From Candidatus Heimdallarchaeota archaeon (GTDB lineage: Archaea; Asgardarchaeota; Heimdallarchaeia; JABLTI01): a stretch of DNA of 64,000 bases. The notes under the pieces were generated by a model. That model saw only the letters and a list, made by a program, of their open reading frames with translations. It did not search any database and was not told the origin of the DNA. Below, one piece after another: positions 39,501-47,828 of this stretch (the first letter of the stretch is position 1; every line of letters begins with the position of its first letter). The position numbers and the translations under genes are program-made. The stretch is from contig JABCTZ010000046.1 in NCBI GenBank assembly GCA_018238155.1, positions 64,001-128,000 of the forward strand. Reading direction: 5' to 3'.

Positions 39501-40623
39501 TCCAATAATTGATAGCACTTTACTAGGTCCTTATGGATTTACTATTGAAATTTCAGAAAATAGAACGGATACACATAATTTTACTTTGAAAACAACAGAT
39601 TCAAGTGGAATCCAACAAGCCAATTTACTCATCTTTAATGAAAACTACAGTTTCTCTTACATGATGACATTAGACACCGAATTTGTATCTTCTACTTTGT
39701 TTAAATTTGATGCATCCGTTAATTTTGATGATTACATTGCAGTAGTATATAGTATACAAATATCGATTACAGATAACGCTGGTAATACACATTCACAAAC
39801 ATATCAGTTACAAATCATTTTAGAAGAACAACAAATTATTTCAACACCACCAACTAGCCCTGGAGAGGTGAATCAGTGGTTAAAAGATAATCTCTTTACC
39901 ATTGTCATCCCAAGCGCTGCAGGATTACTATTAATGCTCATTTTAGCAATTATCATTTCTGTTGCAATTCGTAAGAGAGGAGTAAATCATGGTTGGCGTG
40001 ATGTTGTTAAAGCAGTCGCATATGTTACCAAAACTGGATTAACTGTCGCATATGTTCGGTACACTGAAGATATATACACTGATGAACAACTGTTTGGCGG
40101 TGCATTAACTGGTATTGTAGGTATCTTGGGAGAAATAACAGGTGAAGAAGAAGTTACTATGAAAGTTCAAACGATGGAATACGGTGGTAAACGTCTTCTT
40201 GTTTGTTCAGGAATTTTTGGAAACGCTATTCTATTAGCAAGTGAAACAAAACCCATTTTGAAAGAATTACTCAAAAAGTTCATTCTCGAATTTGAATTAA
40301 CTTACAAGTTTAATCTTGCTCAAGATATGCTTGATTTAAATGATTATGAGGCTGCTCCCTTAATGGTTGAAAGTTACTTTGGAGTGGGAATTGAGAATAT
40401 TAGAAATGATCAAGAAGCTCCTCTTACAATGGAAGATTTTGATCAAAACACCTCTGATTTTTCTCTTTCAGAGGTGCATATTGAAGAAAACTCTGAAGAA
40501 TTATCAACGAACTATAATCAAACAACTGAAACCTTAGATGAAACTCTTCCTGCTGAAGAAGTAGAACATGGTGAATCTTTTGATAATAATCAAGATTCAT
40601 TTGATGAAAACAATAATGAGTAA
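36571..40623 (+). CDS. 5'-truncated FG-GAP/Ig-repeat single-pass receptor with cytoplasmic longin-like domain (first ATG 36667)
   Basis: Homology to 41045..46567 starts abruptly at about its residue 450 (SKIHAVEIAE vs EKVHAIEIAD), right after an in-frame TAG at 36568-36570. No signal peptide. Has DxDxDG motifs, 9 Ig-like repeats, a TM, a longin-like domain and an acidic tail. Confidence 0.8.
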   Translation, partial: NIIDINGSAISKIHAVEIAEADQDSYNFFEILMLSQFSSNDSISSTGLQIFESFSTVTDDYIYDNPTYSDDDLPGASHSNTFDSFGHTIIVDDVDNDGIHETIIVGKDYLKIFGYDTFNDTAIPLVLDINDETYPLMGGGAGVFDIDGDSYNELIVGCNNGTTLIYQIADLNSNDAIEDLLAITEWKGDLGTMPGKRGSIIGLDVDGDGVDEAIIGDQFGQIIVLGLGELPTFSITSPIEGYTSNQETILFEWETSNDTLPIMFYEIYINATFSLRVGGAQTGAVIPLELGSNSITIVCTDIQGKTDSDSRIVIYNVGAPVIEITKPENGYLTDQSSITIYWVAFDPQSDILTYEIYANGTLKGTPTTSLHTFILDSEGIWNITIIADDGAGDRVKDMIYVIFDRTGPVITITLPADDSFVSTDSIHLQWSAHDEFTSIDYYEIYRDGFLQGNTTSKFYDVDIAVDKIYTLEVIAYDVLGNYDSDSIQITRDMINPFVSLEALSYPTNYDGWYVTDLGDLFIEWNGTDTGSGIDYFDVLVNDEQYGIYPATAENDTVTLTEGPNDVEIIAYDKAGNSASAYYIVAYDVSNPLVTIISPENNHLTSAENVTVFWDASDVSSGLKEISVIVDGFIQATFTDSSINSYLVNISETKIYSITIQVIDFLDNLAEDTINVEHDPISPILIVTSPLAETSFINSTYVEVSWETINISPDEFAVFINGTAYNYTATIFDAIINLEDVFGTIDENTYPKVNITVVAVIGGQYQYPNTKYVTVDLKSPLVAISSPINFATISDDSVVITWTGSDIGSDISSYTLWVNDTLIGSWDKTITVREINVESYSDGVYMIILEGRDFAGNGFNSIIYINLFSSDPEFTLNIPISLLTNDPSFPFIISITNPSSGIQEVSVLADNSEIVYYINYNESYQVNHFDIAINVEEMNFVSPTNEHNLTITIYDRGGRSATTIVNVIVDKENPNIIDPIIDSTLLGPYGFTIEISENRTDTHNFTLKTTDSSGIQQANLLIFNENYSFSYMMTLDTEFVSSTLFKFDASVNFDDYIAVVYSIQISITDNAGNTHSQTYQLQIILEEQQIISTPPTSPGEVNQWLKDNLFTIVIPSAAGLLLMLILAIIISVAIRKRGVNHGWRDVVKAVAYVTKTGLTVAYVRYTEDIYTDEQLFGGALTGIVGILGEITGEEEVTMKVQTMEYGGKRLLVCSGIFGNAILLASETKPILKELLKKFILEFELTYKFNLAQDMLDLNDYEAAPLMVESYFGVGIENIRNDQEAPLTMEDFDQNTSDFSLSEVHIEENSEELSTNYNQTTETLDETLPAEEVEHGESFDNNQDSFDENNNE

Positions 40624-40658
40624 ATGAAATACAAAACGTATTTCATATTACTTTTTTT
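40624..40658 (+). terminator. hairpin terminator
   Basis: ATGAAATAC-AAAAC-GTATTTCAT followed by a T7 run directly after the stop codon. Confidence 0.55.
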
Positions 40659-40887
40659 AAAAGTTCTTCGCAAGCTTTCTCACAGAATCCATTGATGCCA
40701 AATCGGCAACCATTAATTCTACTGCCGAATTTCCGCTTGAACTTTTAATTTCCTCTACTTCTTCTTTTCCTTTTGTGGCATCTCGACATACGAGAATTAC
40801 TTTTGCATTCATTTCCGCAAGCTCTTGGGCAACTGCTTTTCCGATTCCAGAATTAGATCCAGTAACCATACAAATTTGGTCTTTCAT
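40657..40887 (-). pseudogene. 3'-truncated short-chain dehydrogenase (retinol-DH-like), 76 aa
   Basis: VTGSNSGIGK Rossmann motif and ADLAS..SVRKLA, then a stop. No NNAG or YxxxK is recoverable downstream. Confidence 0.8.
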
Positions 40888-41044
40888 AATAAATACCATC
40901 AATCTTCTTTCAAATAACCAAGATTTCAAATCATTTAACAAAATAAAACCATTAAAGTTGTCGGTCAAAAACAAATGTGAATAATCTATAGAAATTTTCA
41001 ATATGAGTGTTAGATTGATTCACTTTTTTCATTTTTGAGAGAAA

Positions 41045-44000
41045 TCAGATATCAGACCATTTTTCAGCTATCTCATTGAACCAAATTTTAGTTGAATTTT
41101 CAATTGCTTGCTTCAACCTAAAATTGTTATTTTGTCGTCCTGCATCAATAGCTACTCTTATTTCATTGGTAATTGTTCTCATATTTTCAATAAACAACTG
41201 TAATTCAAAATTCGTTCTCTCTAATTGACGTATTAAATCTAAATCCATAATCACAGATTGTAAATGAAAATCTGCCTCATCAAAATTCTGTTCGGTTAAT
41301 GCAATTATTATAGTAGGAGTAGATGAGATTATTTTCATAAGACTTCTATTTGCTTCTCGAGATAATTGGCTTACTAGATGATCTATAGGGGAATCACTTT
41401 TATGAATTAAATCAAAATCTTTCTTATCCTTTTCAGTTGAATGGGTTACTTCAGGTTCAATATCATTGATAACATTTTGTAATTGATTTGTAATTCCAGC
41501 TTCTGGGGTTATCTCTTTTACTGAGCCAAAGATTTTTTCTACAAGTTCTTCACTACCAGAAAATGAACTACTATCCACAAAGTATAGATTTTCCAATGCA
41601 TTAGAATATTTCTTGACAAATTTGTTGTCAAATTTCTTTAGCAATTTTACATGTATTGGTTTAACTTGATTAACCATTAAAACACTAATCCCATGTTCAC
41701 CTAAGAAAAGAAACATTGTTTTGTCACCTAATTCCAAAGTTTCGATTGTTCCTTTCAGCTTCCGTCCTGAAATTTCTGTAAGCATACTTTGAATTGCTAC
41801 CATTGCACCGCCAATCAATTGTTCTTCTTGAATCAATTTAGTAACATAGTTGACACTAACACATGTTAGTCCGGTCTTCTTAACATATAGCACGGCAATA
41901 ATTTCTTCTCGCCAGTTTTTGTTTTGTATTGGTCCTCTAGTTACCGCTGCTAATAATATTGAAATAATTACGAATCCACTAATCCCTATGGAAAGATAGA
42001 GAGCATTATTTCCTTGTTGCAACCATGAATTACCTGCTTCTGGAACAATTGCCAAATTGTATGATAAACTTTGATTATTGCCTGCAAAATCAAATGTGGT
42101 GAAAATAATTGTATATTCACCTATTTCAAAATCAGCCAAACTTAGATTTAGAGAGTAAATTGCAATCTGAACTCCTTCTGTTTCAGTAATCATATCATAT
42201 GTTACAGATGAATCATCACCAAGAATAGTCATTGTAACTCCATCTAGCCCAAAATTATCTGTAACCGTTATTAAGATGGATAGAATCTTTTCGCTTCCAT
42301 TTAGTACTTCCAAACCATCTGCGGTCAATAATACAGAATTGATTGTAATATCAGGTAGTATTGTTGGTGCTTCTGTGTCGATATTAATAATATATAATTG
42401 AATCAATTCACGATTGTAATAATCAAGTACTGCAACTTCAAGTTCGTGGCTATCATCAAATCCGATAAATGATGATACATTAAAATCATATGAAATGGTA
42501 AATGACTCATTTCGTATTGATAGTTCATAATTCTCATTTACTATTTCATCATTATCTAACAATATGATTAAACCCTTTACACCGGATTGTGTATCTGTTA
42601 TCGTAAACTCAAATTGGAAATCACCATCTTGTGTATAATAAATAGTAGGGATATTTGCTTCATAGTCAGGCATTAAGATATTCAGAAGTAGTGTGATATT
42701 ACTAGTAACCCTGTTAGAAGCCAAATCTAAAACTTCAACAGTTATTAATTGTTCTCCATCTTCCTCATCAAATATTAGATAGAAATAATTCTTATCACAA
42801 GAGCAGAAATTAAGATATTGACCATTTATCAAAATTCTGTAACTATATACACCTGATCCTTGATCATTTGCTGTCCACTGAATATAAACAATATCTTGGA
42901 AATAAGTAGTATAATTTGTTGGAGTAGTTATTATAACTGTAGGTTCAGATTGATCCACAATTATCCATTTTGTATCTGAAATATTGTTACTCAATGTCTG
43001 AATAATAATTGTTAGATTAAAGAGAGGATATTCATCAATTGCGATATCACCCAAATCAATAACAGTATTTCTTGTTGAAATCTCACTAATAGTTTGATTA
43101 AGTATCTCGTTAACATAAATACAGTATGAAATGAAATTTTGAATATTTGATACATCCCATTCAATTGAAATTTGTGAATCAGAAATGTAAGATAAATTTG
43201 CTTGTGGTGTAACCAACGCAATTGAAGGGAGTGTAGAATCTTGAGTTACAGTAATCGTATCATTAAATGCGTAACCGTAAAGATCAACTACACCAATAAT
43301 TATCGAGGATGTGTGATCAAGGGCTAAAGGAACAATTGTGGTAGTTACTAGTGGATTACTTATTATTTCAATTAATATATTATCAACATAGATATTATAT
43401 TCAGATATTCCAGAACCAGTATCATTACTATACCAATTAGCAATAAAATAATCCAAACCAGTTGTGAAACCTGTTTCGGGAGAAATAATCTCAAGATAAG
43501 GAATAGTATTATCAACAAAAATGATGATATGATCAGAATCAATATTTCCTGCTAAATCATAAGTAGTTACAATGATATCTTTAACTCCTTCATTTTCTAC
43601 TGAAAATGTAGTTGTTGTTGCACCTATACCAGAATATTTTGTTTGTTGATCAACAACCACTTCAGTATGGTGAATACCTGTACCACCAATATTATCCTCT
43701 GCATCCCAATTAATAGTAATTTGATCTGATGAAGTTTTATAGCCATCAATTGGATCAGTAATCGAAATTGATGGTTTTGCTGTATCCTTCACAATTGTAA
43801 TAGAATCTATTCTTGAATTACTTAATTGATCGTATGCAGTTACTCGTAAACTGTATGTTTTATCTGTATCCAATGCTACCAATTGTGAAAGTGTGGAAGT
43901 AGTTGCATACACTTGTCCATCTTTTTCTATTACAAAATGTGATAAACCACTAAGAGCATCAGATGCTGACCATTGCATCTCAATTATTGCTAGTTTCATT

Positions 44001-46567
44001 GCTGAACCACTAATTGGAGTAGTAATTGTCATTAAAGGAGCAGTTGTGTCAACTGTTACGAATATTGAACTCCTTCCCCTATTAGATGCTAAATCAACAC
44101 CAACAACTGTGATATTATGTTCACCATCGGTATTCAAAGTTAAATCTACGAAAGTAGTTGAAAGATTATAATCTCCACCTAATTGGGATTCATCCACCCA
44201 AATTTCATAATGATTAAAATCACCATTAGGATCAAAATAATTGAATTCTATTCTAATATTGTTAGAAGCAGTTTGGAAATAATTTTCAGGAGTAGTAATA
44301 TGAATTTCTGGGGCAGTTGTAGATTGACTAACAATGATTGAATCCGAAGCACTCTTACCATTTATATCAAAACACTGGACTTTAATTGTATTACTTGATG
44401 ATGGCAATGAAACTAGAAAAGCTGCTTGGCTCCCATTCACTCTACCTTGAATTGAGCCTTCTACGAAAATATCATAATGATGGATAGTGAAGTCGTCAAG
44501 TCCTTCCCAAGTAATTAGAATAGATGTTGTTGATACAGATGAACCTGATGATGGAGAGAGAATTCTTATCTCTGGAGTGGTTGATTTTCCCAAAATTAGT
44601 ATTTGACCAAAGTTATCACCGAATATTATCTCTGTTTCTCCGTCTTCATCTAAATCATAAGCTAGAATTGACTTTCTTTTTCCAGAGGAAGAACCAATAT
44701 CACTTGACCATTCTACATTATATGACAATGAATTACTTCCAGAATCAGTAATATTGATTACATATATACTGCCGTTATTGCAACTAAAAACCAGTTCATT
44801 AAATGAGTCATCATCAACATCCCAGAGTAATGCGCCACCACCCATAAATGGAGAATTTTCATTATCATTAATTTTGAATTCTAAATGTGGTTCGGCATCT
44901 AAGAAGGAATTAACACTCAAGATTCTCAAATAATTTTGTCCTACTAAAACTATCTCTGATTCCAAATCGTTGTCAACATCTGCAACAATTATTGTATGAC
45001 CAAAATTATCTTCAGTTAAAATAGATGAAGCGGATGGTAAATTATCATTAGTATTTTCAAGGAATTTTGCCACAGTTCTCTCATAGATTTGTAATCGAGT
45101 CGTTGAAACTGAATCGTCTGAAGTTATTTGTAAATTCATAAGTATTTCATATTTACCGTCTGTATCAACATCGGCAATTTCTATTGCGTGGACTTTTTCT
45201 ACTGTATAACCAGTAACAATTGGTTTTATGGGCGCTTTTTTATCCTGTTTAAAAAGACCGGTGGCATTAACATAATCTAAAACAGAGACCTCTCCATTTT
45301 GATCACCAAATACTAAATTCATTACACCCATATTTGTTGCTTCTCCAATTGCAAGATATCCTGTTAAACTTGAAGTATGAATAAAAGCATAATCTGATTT
45401 ATCAAAATCATTCGTATCTTCGTCCCATTCTGTTAACCTTAGAATTCTGCTATCTTCCCCTGCAAGATATAATTCATCTTGTCCATTTTCATCGAAATCA
45501 TAAGCAATAATTTGCTTCACTAAAAACATCTTTAATTGATGTGTTGTAAACCAAGATGACCATATTTTGACTAATTCTCCGTCAATTGTATTATATATCG
45601 CTAATAAATTATTATCTGAAGTAACTGTTCTATTTGAGCTAACAATTAGCTCTAAATCTCCATCTCCATTTATATCAGCTGTAGTCATAAACGTTCCATT
45701 ATTAGAACCGATTGCAGAATCCTTAATATTAAAATTATCTTCAATAGAGAATTTTGTAAAATAATCACCGGAATTTTTCCCAATAAATAAATCACCCCAA
45801 AGACCTGCATTTAATCTTATATTGTTTAAAGTTGTTTCAACAAAAGGCCAAGTATTTTCCTCATTATCACCATTTAGATTTTCAAAAACTTCAAAAGCTA
45901 TTCCAGTTATTTCTCCAGGAGCTACTTGCATAAATGACAATGGAATAATTATTTCATATTGTCTATGAGAATCTTCTTTGAAGAATGATCCTTTGAAATC
46001 AGTATCAATTATTACATGTGAAGATGTCAAATTTTCCTCAAGAAACCCAGTTTCAATTTCAACCCAATAATTATTCAGAGCTGAATATTGATAGATAATT
46101 ACTAGATTATCTGTTGCATTTGATTTGTAAGATATTGCGCGGTCATTTTGACTTAACATACCATTATGATCACGATCTAAGTATACACCCATACCCCAAG
46201 TGCTTGCCGGGGATTCCGTAGTATAACTTATTACATCAACTCCAACATAGAGATTTGTATCATCATTTTTTAAAAGCAATTTAGAGGATGGATCCTGATC
46301 AGAATCATATAAATCGTATATTGCTGCAGTTGTCCATTCACTTGCAGAACTCGAAGAATTAAAATCAACAAAACCATCTATTAGAGGTATAGTATCATTC
46401 CATAATGAGAATATTTCCATTGGACTAGATACCGGTGAATGTGCTGAAATATAATTGTTTGAATGTTGATTATTTAGTACTAATGGAATAAGTATCAAAC
46501 AAACTACTAGAATCGATACTTTTGATTTGCTTATCATTTTAAGATTATTTTTAAATTTCGAGCTCAT
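41045..46567 (-). CDS. integrin-alpha-like surface receptor: signal peptide, CBM9/DOMON-like domain, FG-GAP propeller, 9 Ig-like repeats, TM, longin-like domain, helical C-terminal domain
   Basis: Six DxDxDG-type Ca-binding motifs plus one degenerate copy, repeats starting PxIxIxxP, TM ALYLSIGISGFVIISILLAAVT, then a bb-a-bbb-aa longin pattern (EEQLIGGAMVAIQSMLTEI). Confidence 0.82.
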   Translation of the reverse strand: MSSKFKNNLKMISKSKVSILVVCLILIPLVLNNQHSNNYISAHSPVSSPMEIFSLWNDTIPLIDGFVDFNSSSSASEWTTAAIYDLYDSDQDPSSKLLLKNDDTNLYVGVDVISYTTESPASTWGMGVYLDRDHNGMLSQNDRAISYKSNATDNLVIIYQYSALNNYWVEIETGFLEENLTSSHVIIDTDFKGSFFKEDSHRQYEIIIPLSFMQVAPGEITGIAFEVFENLNGDNEENTWPFVETTLNNIRLNAGLWGDLFIGKNSGDYFTKFSIEDNFNIKDSAIGSNNGTFMTTADINGDGDLELIVSSNRTVTSDNNLLAIYNTIDGELVKIWSSWFTTHQLKMFLVKQIIAYDFDENGQDELYLAGEDSRILRLTEWDEDTNDFDKSDYAFIHTSSLTGYLAIGEATNMGVMNLVFGDQNGEVSVLDYVNATGLFKQDKKAPIKPIVTGYTVEKVHAIEIADVDTDGKYEILMNLQITSDDSVSTTRLQIYERTVAKFLENTNDNLPSASSILTEDNFGHTIIVADVDNDLESEIVLVGQNYLRILSVNSFLDAEPHLEFKINDNENSPFMGGGALLWDVDDDSFNELVFSCNNGSIYVINITDSGSNSLSYNVEWSSDIGSSSGKRKSILAYDLDEDGETEIIFGDNFGQILILGKSTTPEIRILSPSSGSSVSTTSILITWEGLDDFTIHHYDIFVEGSIQGRVNGSQAAFLVSLPSSSNTIKVQCFDINGKSASDSIIVSQSTTAPEIHITTPENYFQTASNNIRIEFNYFDPNGDFNHYEIWVDESQLGGDYNLSTTFVDLTLNTDGEHNITVVGVDLASNRGRSSIFVTVDTTAPLMTITTPISGSAMKLAIIEMQWSASDALSGLSHFVIEKDGQVYATTSTLSQLVALDTDKTYSLRVTAYDQLSNSRIDSITIVKDTAKPSISITDPIDGYKTSSDQITINWDAEDNIGGTGIHHTEVVVDQQTKYSGIGATTTTFSVENEGVKDIIVTTYDLAGNIDSDHIIIFVDNTIPYLEIISPETGFTTGLDYFIANWYSNDTGSGISEYNIYVDNILIEIISNPLVTTTIVPLALDHTSSIIIGVVDLYGYAFNDTITVTQDSTLPSIALVTPQANLSYISDSQISIEWDVSNIQNFISYCIYVNEILNQTISEISTRNTVIDLGDIAIDEYPLFNLTIIIQTLSNNISDTKWIIVDQSEPTVIITTPTNYTTYFQDIVYIQWTANDQGSGVYSYRILINGQYLNFCSCDKNYFYLIFDEEDGEQLITVEVLDLASNRVTSNITLLLNILMPDYEANIPTIYYTQDGDFQFEFTITDTQSGVKGLIILLDNDEIVNENYELSIRNESFTISYDFNVSSFIGFDDSHELEVAVLDYYNRELIQLYIINIDTEAPTILPDITINSVLLTADGLEVLNGSEKILSILITVTDNFGLDGVTMTILGDDSSVTYDMITETEGVQIAIYSLNLSLADFEIGEYTIIFTTFDFAGNNQSLSYNLAIVPEAGNSWLQQGNNALYLSIGISGFVIISILLAAVTRGPIQNKNWREEIIAVLYVKKTGLTCVSVNYVTKLIQEEQLIGGAMVAIQSMLTEISGRKLKGTIETLELGDKTMFLFLGEHGISVLMVNQVKPIHVKLLKKFDNKFVKKYSNALENLYFVDSSSFSGSEELVEKIFGSVKEITPEAGITNQLQNVINDIEPEVTHSTEKDKKDFDLIHKSDSPIDHLVSQLSREANRSLMKIISSTPTIIIALTEQNFDEADFHLQSVIMDLDLIRQLERTNFELQLFIENMRTITNEIRVAIDAGRQNNNFRLKQAIENSTKIWFNEIAEKWSDI

Positions 46568-46768
46568 TCAGTTACTTCCTAGTTTTATTACTTAATACTA
46601 ACTAAAATACTCCTCTCTTCAGATTCTTATACTAAAGCAACATTTCATTCCCACTATTTAATTAATTAGCTATCGACAAATTTATGCCATTTGAAGTTTT
46701 TTTCGGGTAAATTTAAAACTGATAGTAACAAAACAATATCAAATCATGAAACCAAGGAGATAACTTAA

Positions 46769-47677
46769 TTGAAAATCATTTGTAATCCTAATACATTTGC
46801 CGGAAAAGCACGCAAGAAATGGCCCGAATACATTAAAGCATTCAAAGAAGCGGGTCTTGATTTTGAAGTAGAATGGACAAAAGGTGTTAATGATGCTATC
46901 AGAATTACCAAAGAATCAGTTAAAGATCATAAAATTATTGGTGTCTATGGTGGCGATGGTACTGTTAACGAAGTTGTTACAGGTATAGGTCAAACAGGTT
47001 TCAAAAATACTATGGCAATATTACCTGTTGGTAGAGGGAATGACAGTGCTTATTCTTTACATCTCACCTTAAAAATGGAAGATATGGTAGAGATGCTTGT
47101 TAAGAAGGAAGTTAGAAAAGTTGATTGCACTGAGGTTAATGATGGAGAGCGATATGTCTTCGCTTTGGTCGGACTAGGTATTAGCGGTGCAGTAGCAGAA
47201 AGTGCAATAGGAACAAAATCCTCTTTTACTTATACAAAAAATCTTATCGCAAATATTTTCAAATTTAAACCAAATCACATGAAAGTTGATATTGACGACG
47301 GTAAAATAGTTCGGGAAATGAACTTTTTAGATATTGCAGTTGGAAATGGTGTTTGTGCAGGTAACAAAAAGATACTCTGTCCAGGTGCAGTTATTGATGA
47401 TGGACTCCTTGATATTACACTCATAGGTGATGTTAACTTTTTTCAAAAGTTGTTTATTCTTGGAAATTTGGACACAGGAAAACATGTCAAACATAAGAAA
47501 GTTGAACAGCTGCTTGGAAAGAAAGTTGTCGTAGAAAATTTGTCCGGTAAAAGAGTTCCAGGTCATTTTATGGGTGAGATGTTTGGAGACTACCCTTACA
47601 AATTTGTTTGTAAAAACAAAGTTTTATCCACATTAAAAATGCCTGATTATATAACAGATAAAGTAAAATGGCGCTAA
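46769..47677 (+). CDS. diacylglycerol/lipid kinase family (YegS/DgkB-like)
   Basis: NPNTFAG, GGDGTVNEV, LPVGRGND and PGAVIDDGLLD motifs. Confidence 0.9.
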   Translation: MKIICNPNTFAGKARKKWPEYIKAFKEAGLDFEVEWTKGVNDAIRITKESVKDHKIIGVYGGDGTVNEVVTGIGQTGFKNTMAILPVGRGNDSAYSLHLTLKMEDMVEMLVKKEVRKVDCTEVNDGERYVFALVGLGISGAVAESAIGTKSSFTYTKNLIANIFKFKPNHMKVDIDDGKIVREMNFLDIAVGNGVCAGNKKILCPGAVIDDGLLDITLIGDVNFFQKLFILGNLDTGKHVKHKKVEQLLGKKVVVENLSGKRVPGHFMGEMFGDYPYKFVCKNKVLSTLKMPDYITDKVKWR

Positions 47678-47828
47678 TCTGACTTATTTCTTTATTTTTC
47701 CTTCTCTTTTTCTTATTTCTTCTCGATTTTCTTTGCACTAAGAAAAAGAGTAATATTGCTAGTTAATATTAAACTGATAAGCTTAATGGACCAAACACAA
47801 TTTCGCATTCATCTTTGGTGATACCTTA

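Noticed and set aside
40888-41001. N-terminal extension of the SDR ORF in the ORF track
   Set aside because: AT-rich promoter-like sequence; SDR homology begins at ATG 40887.
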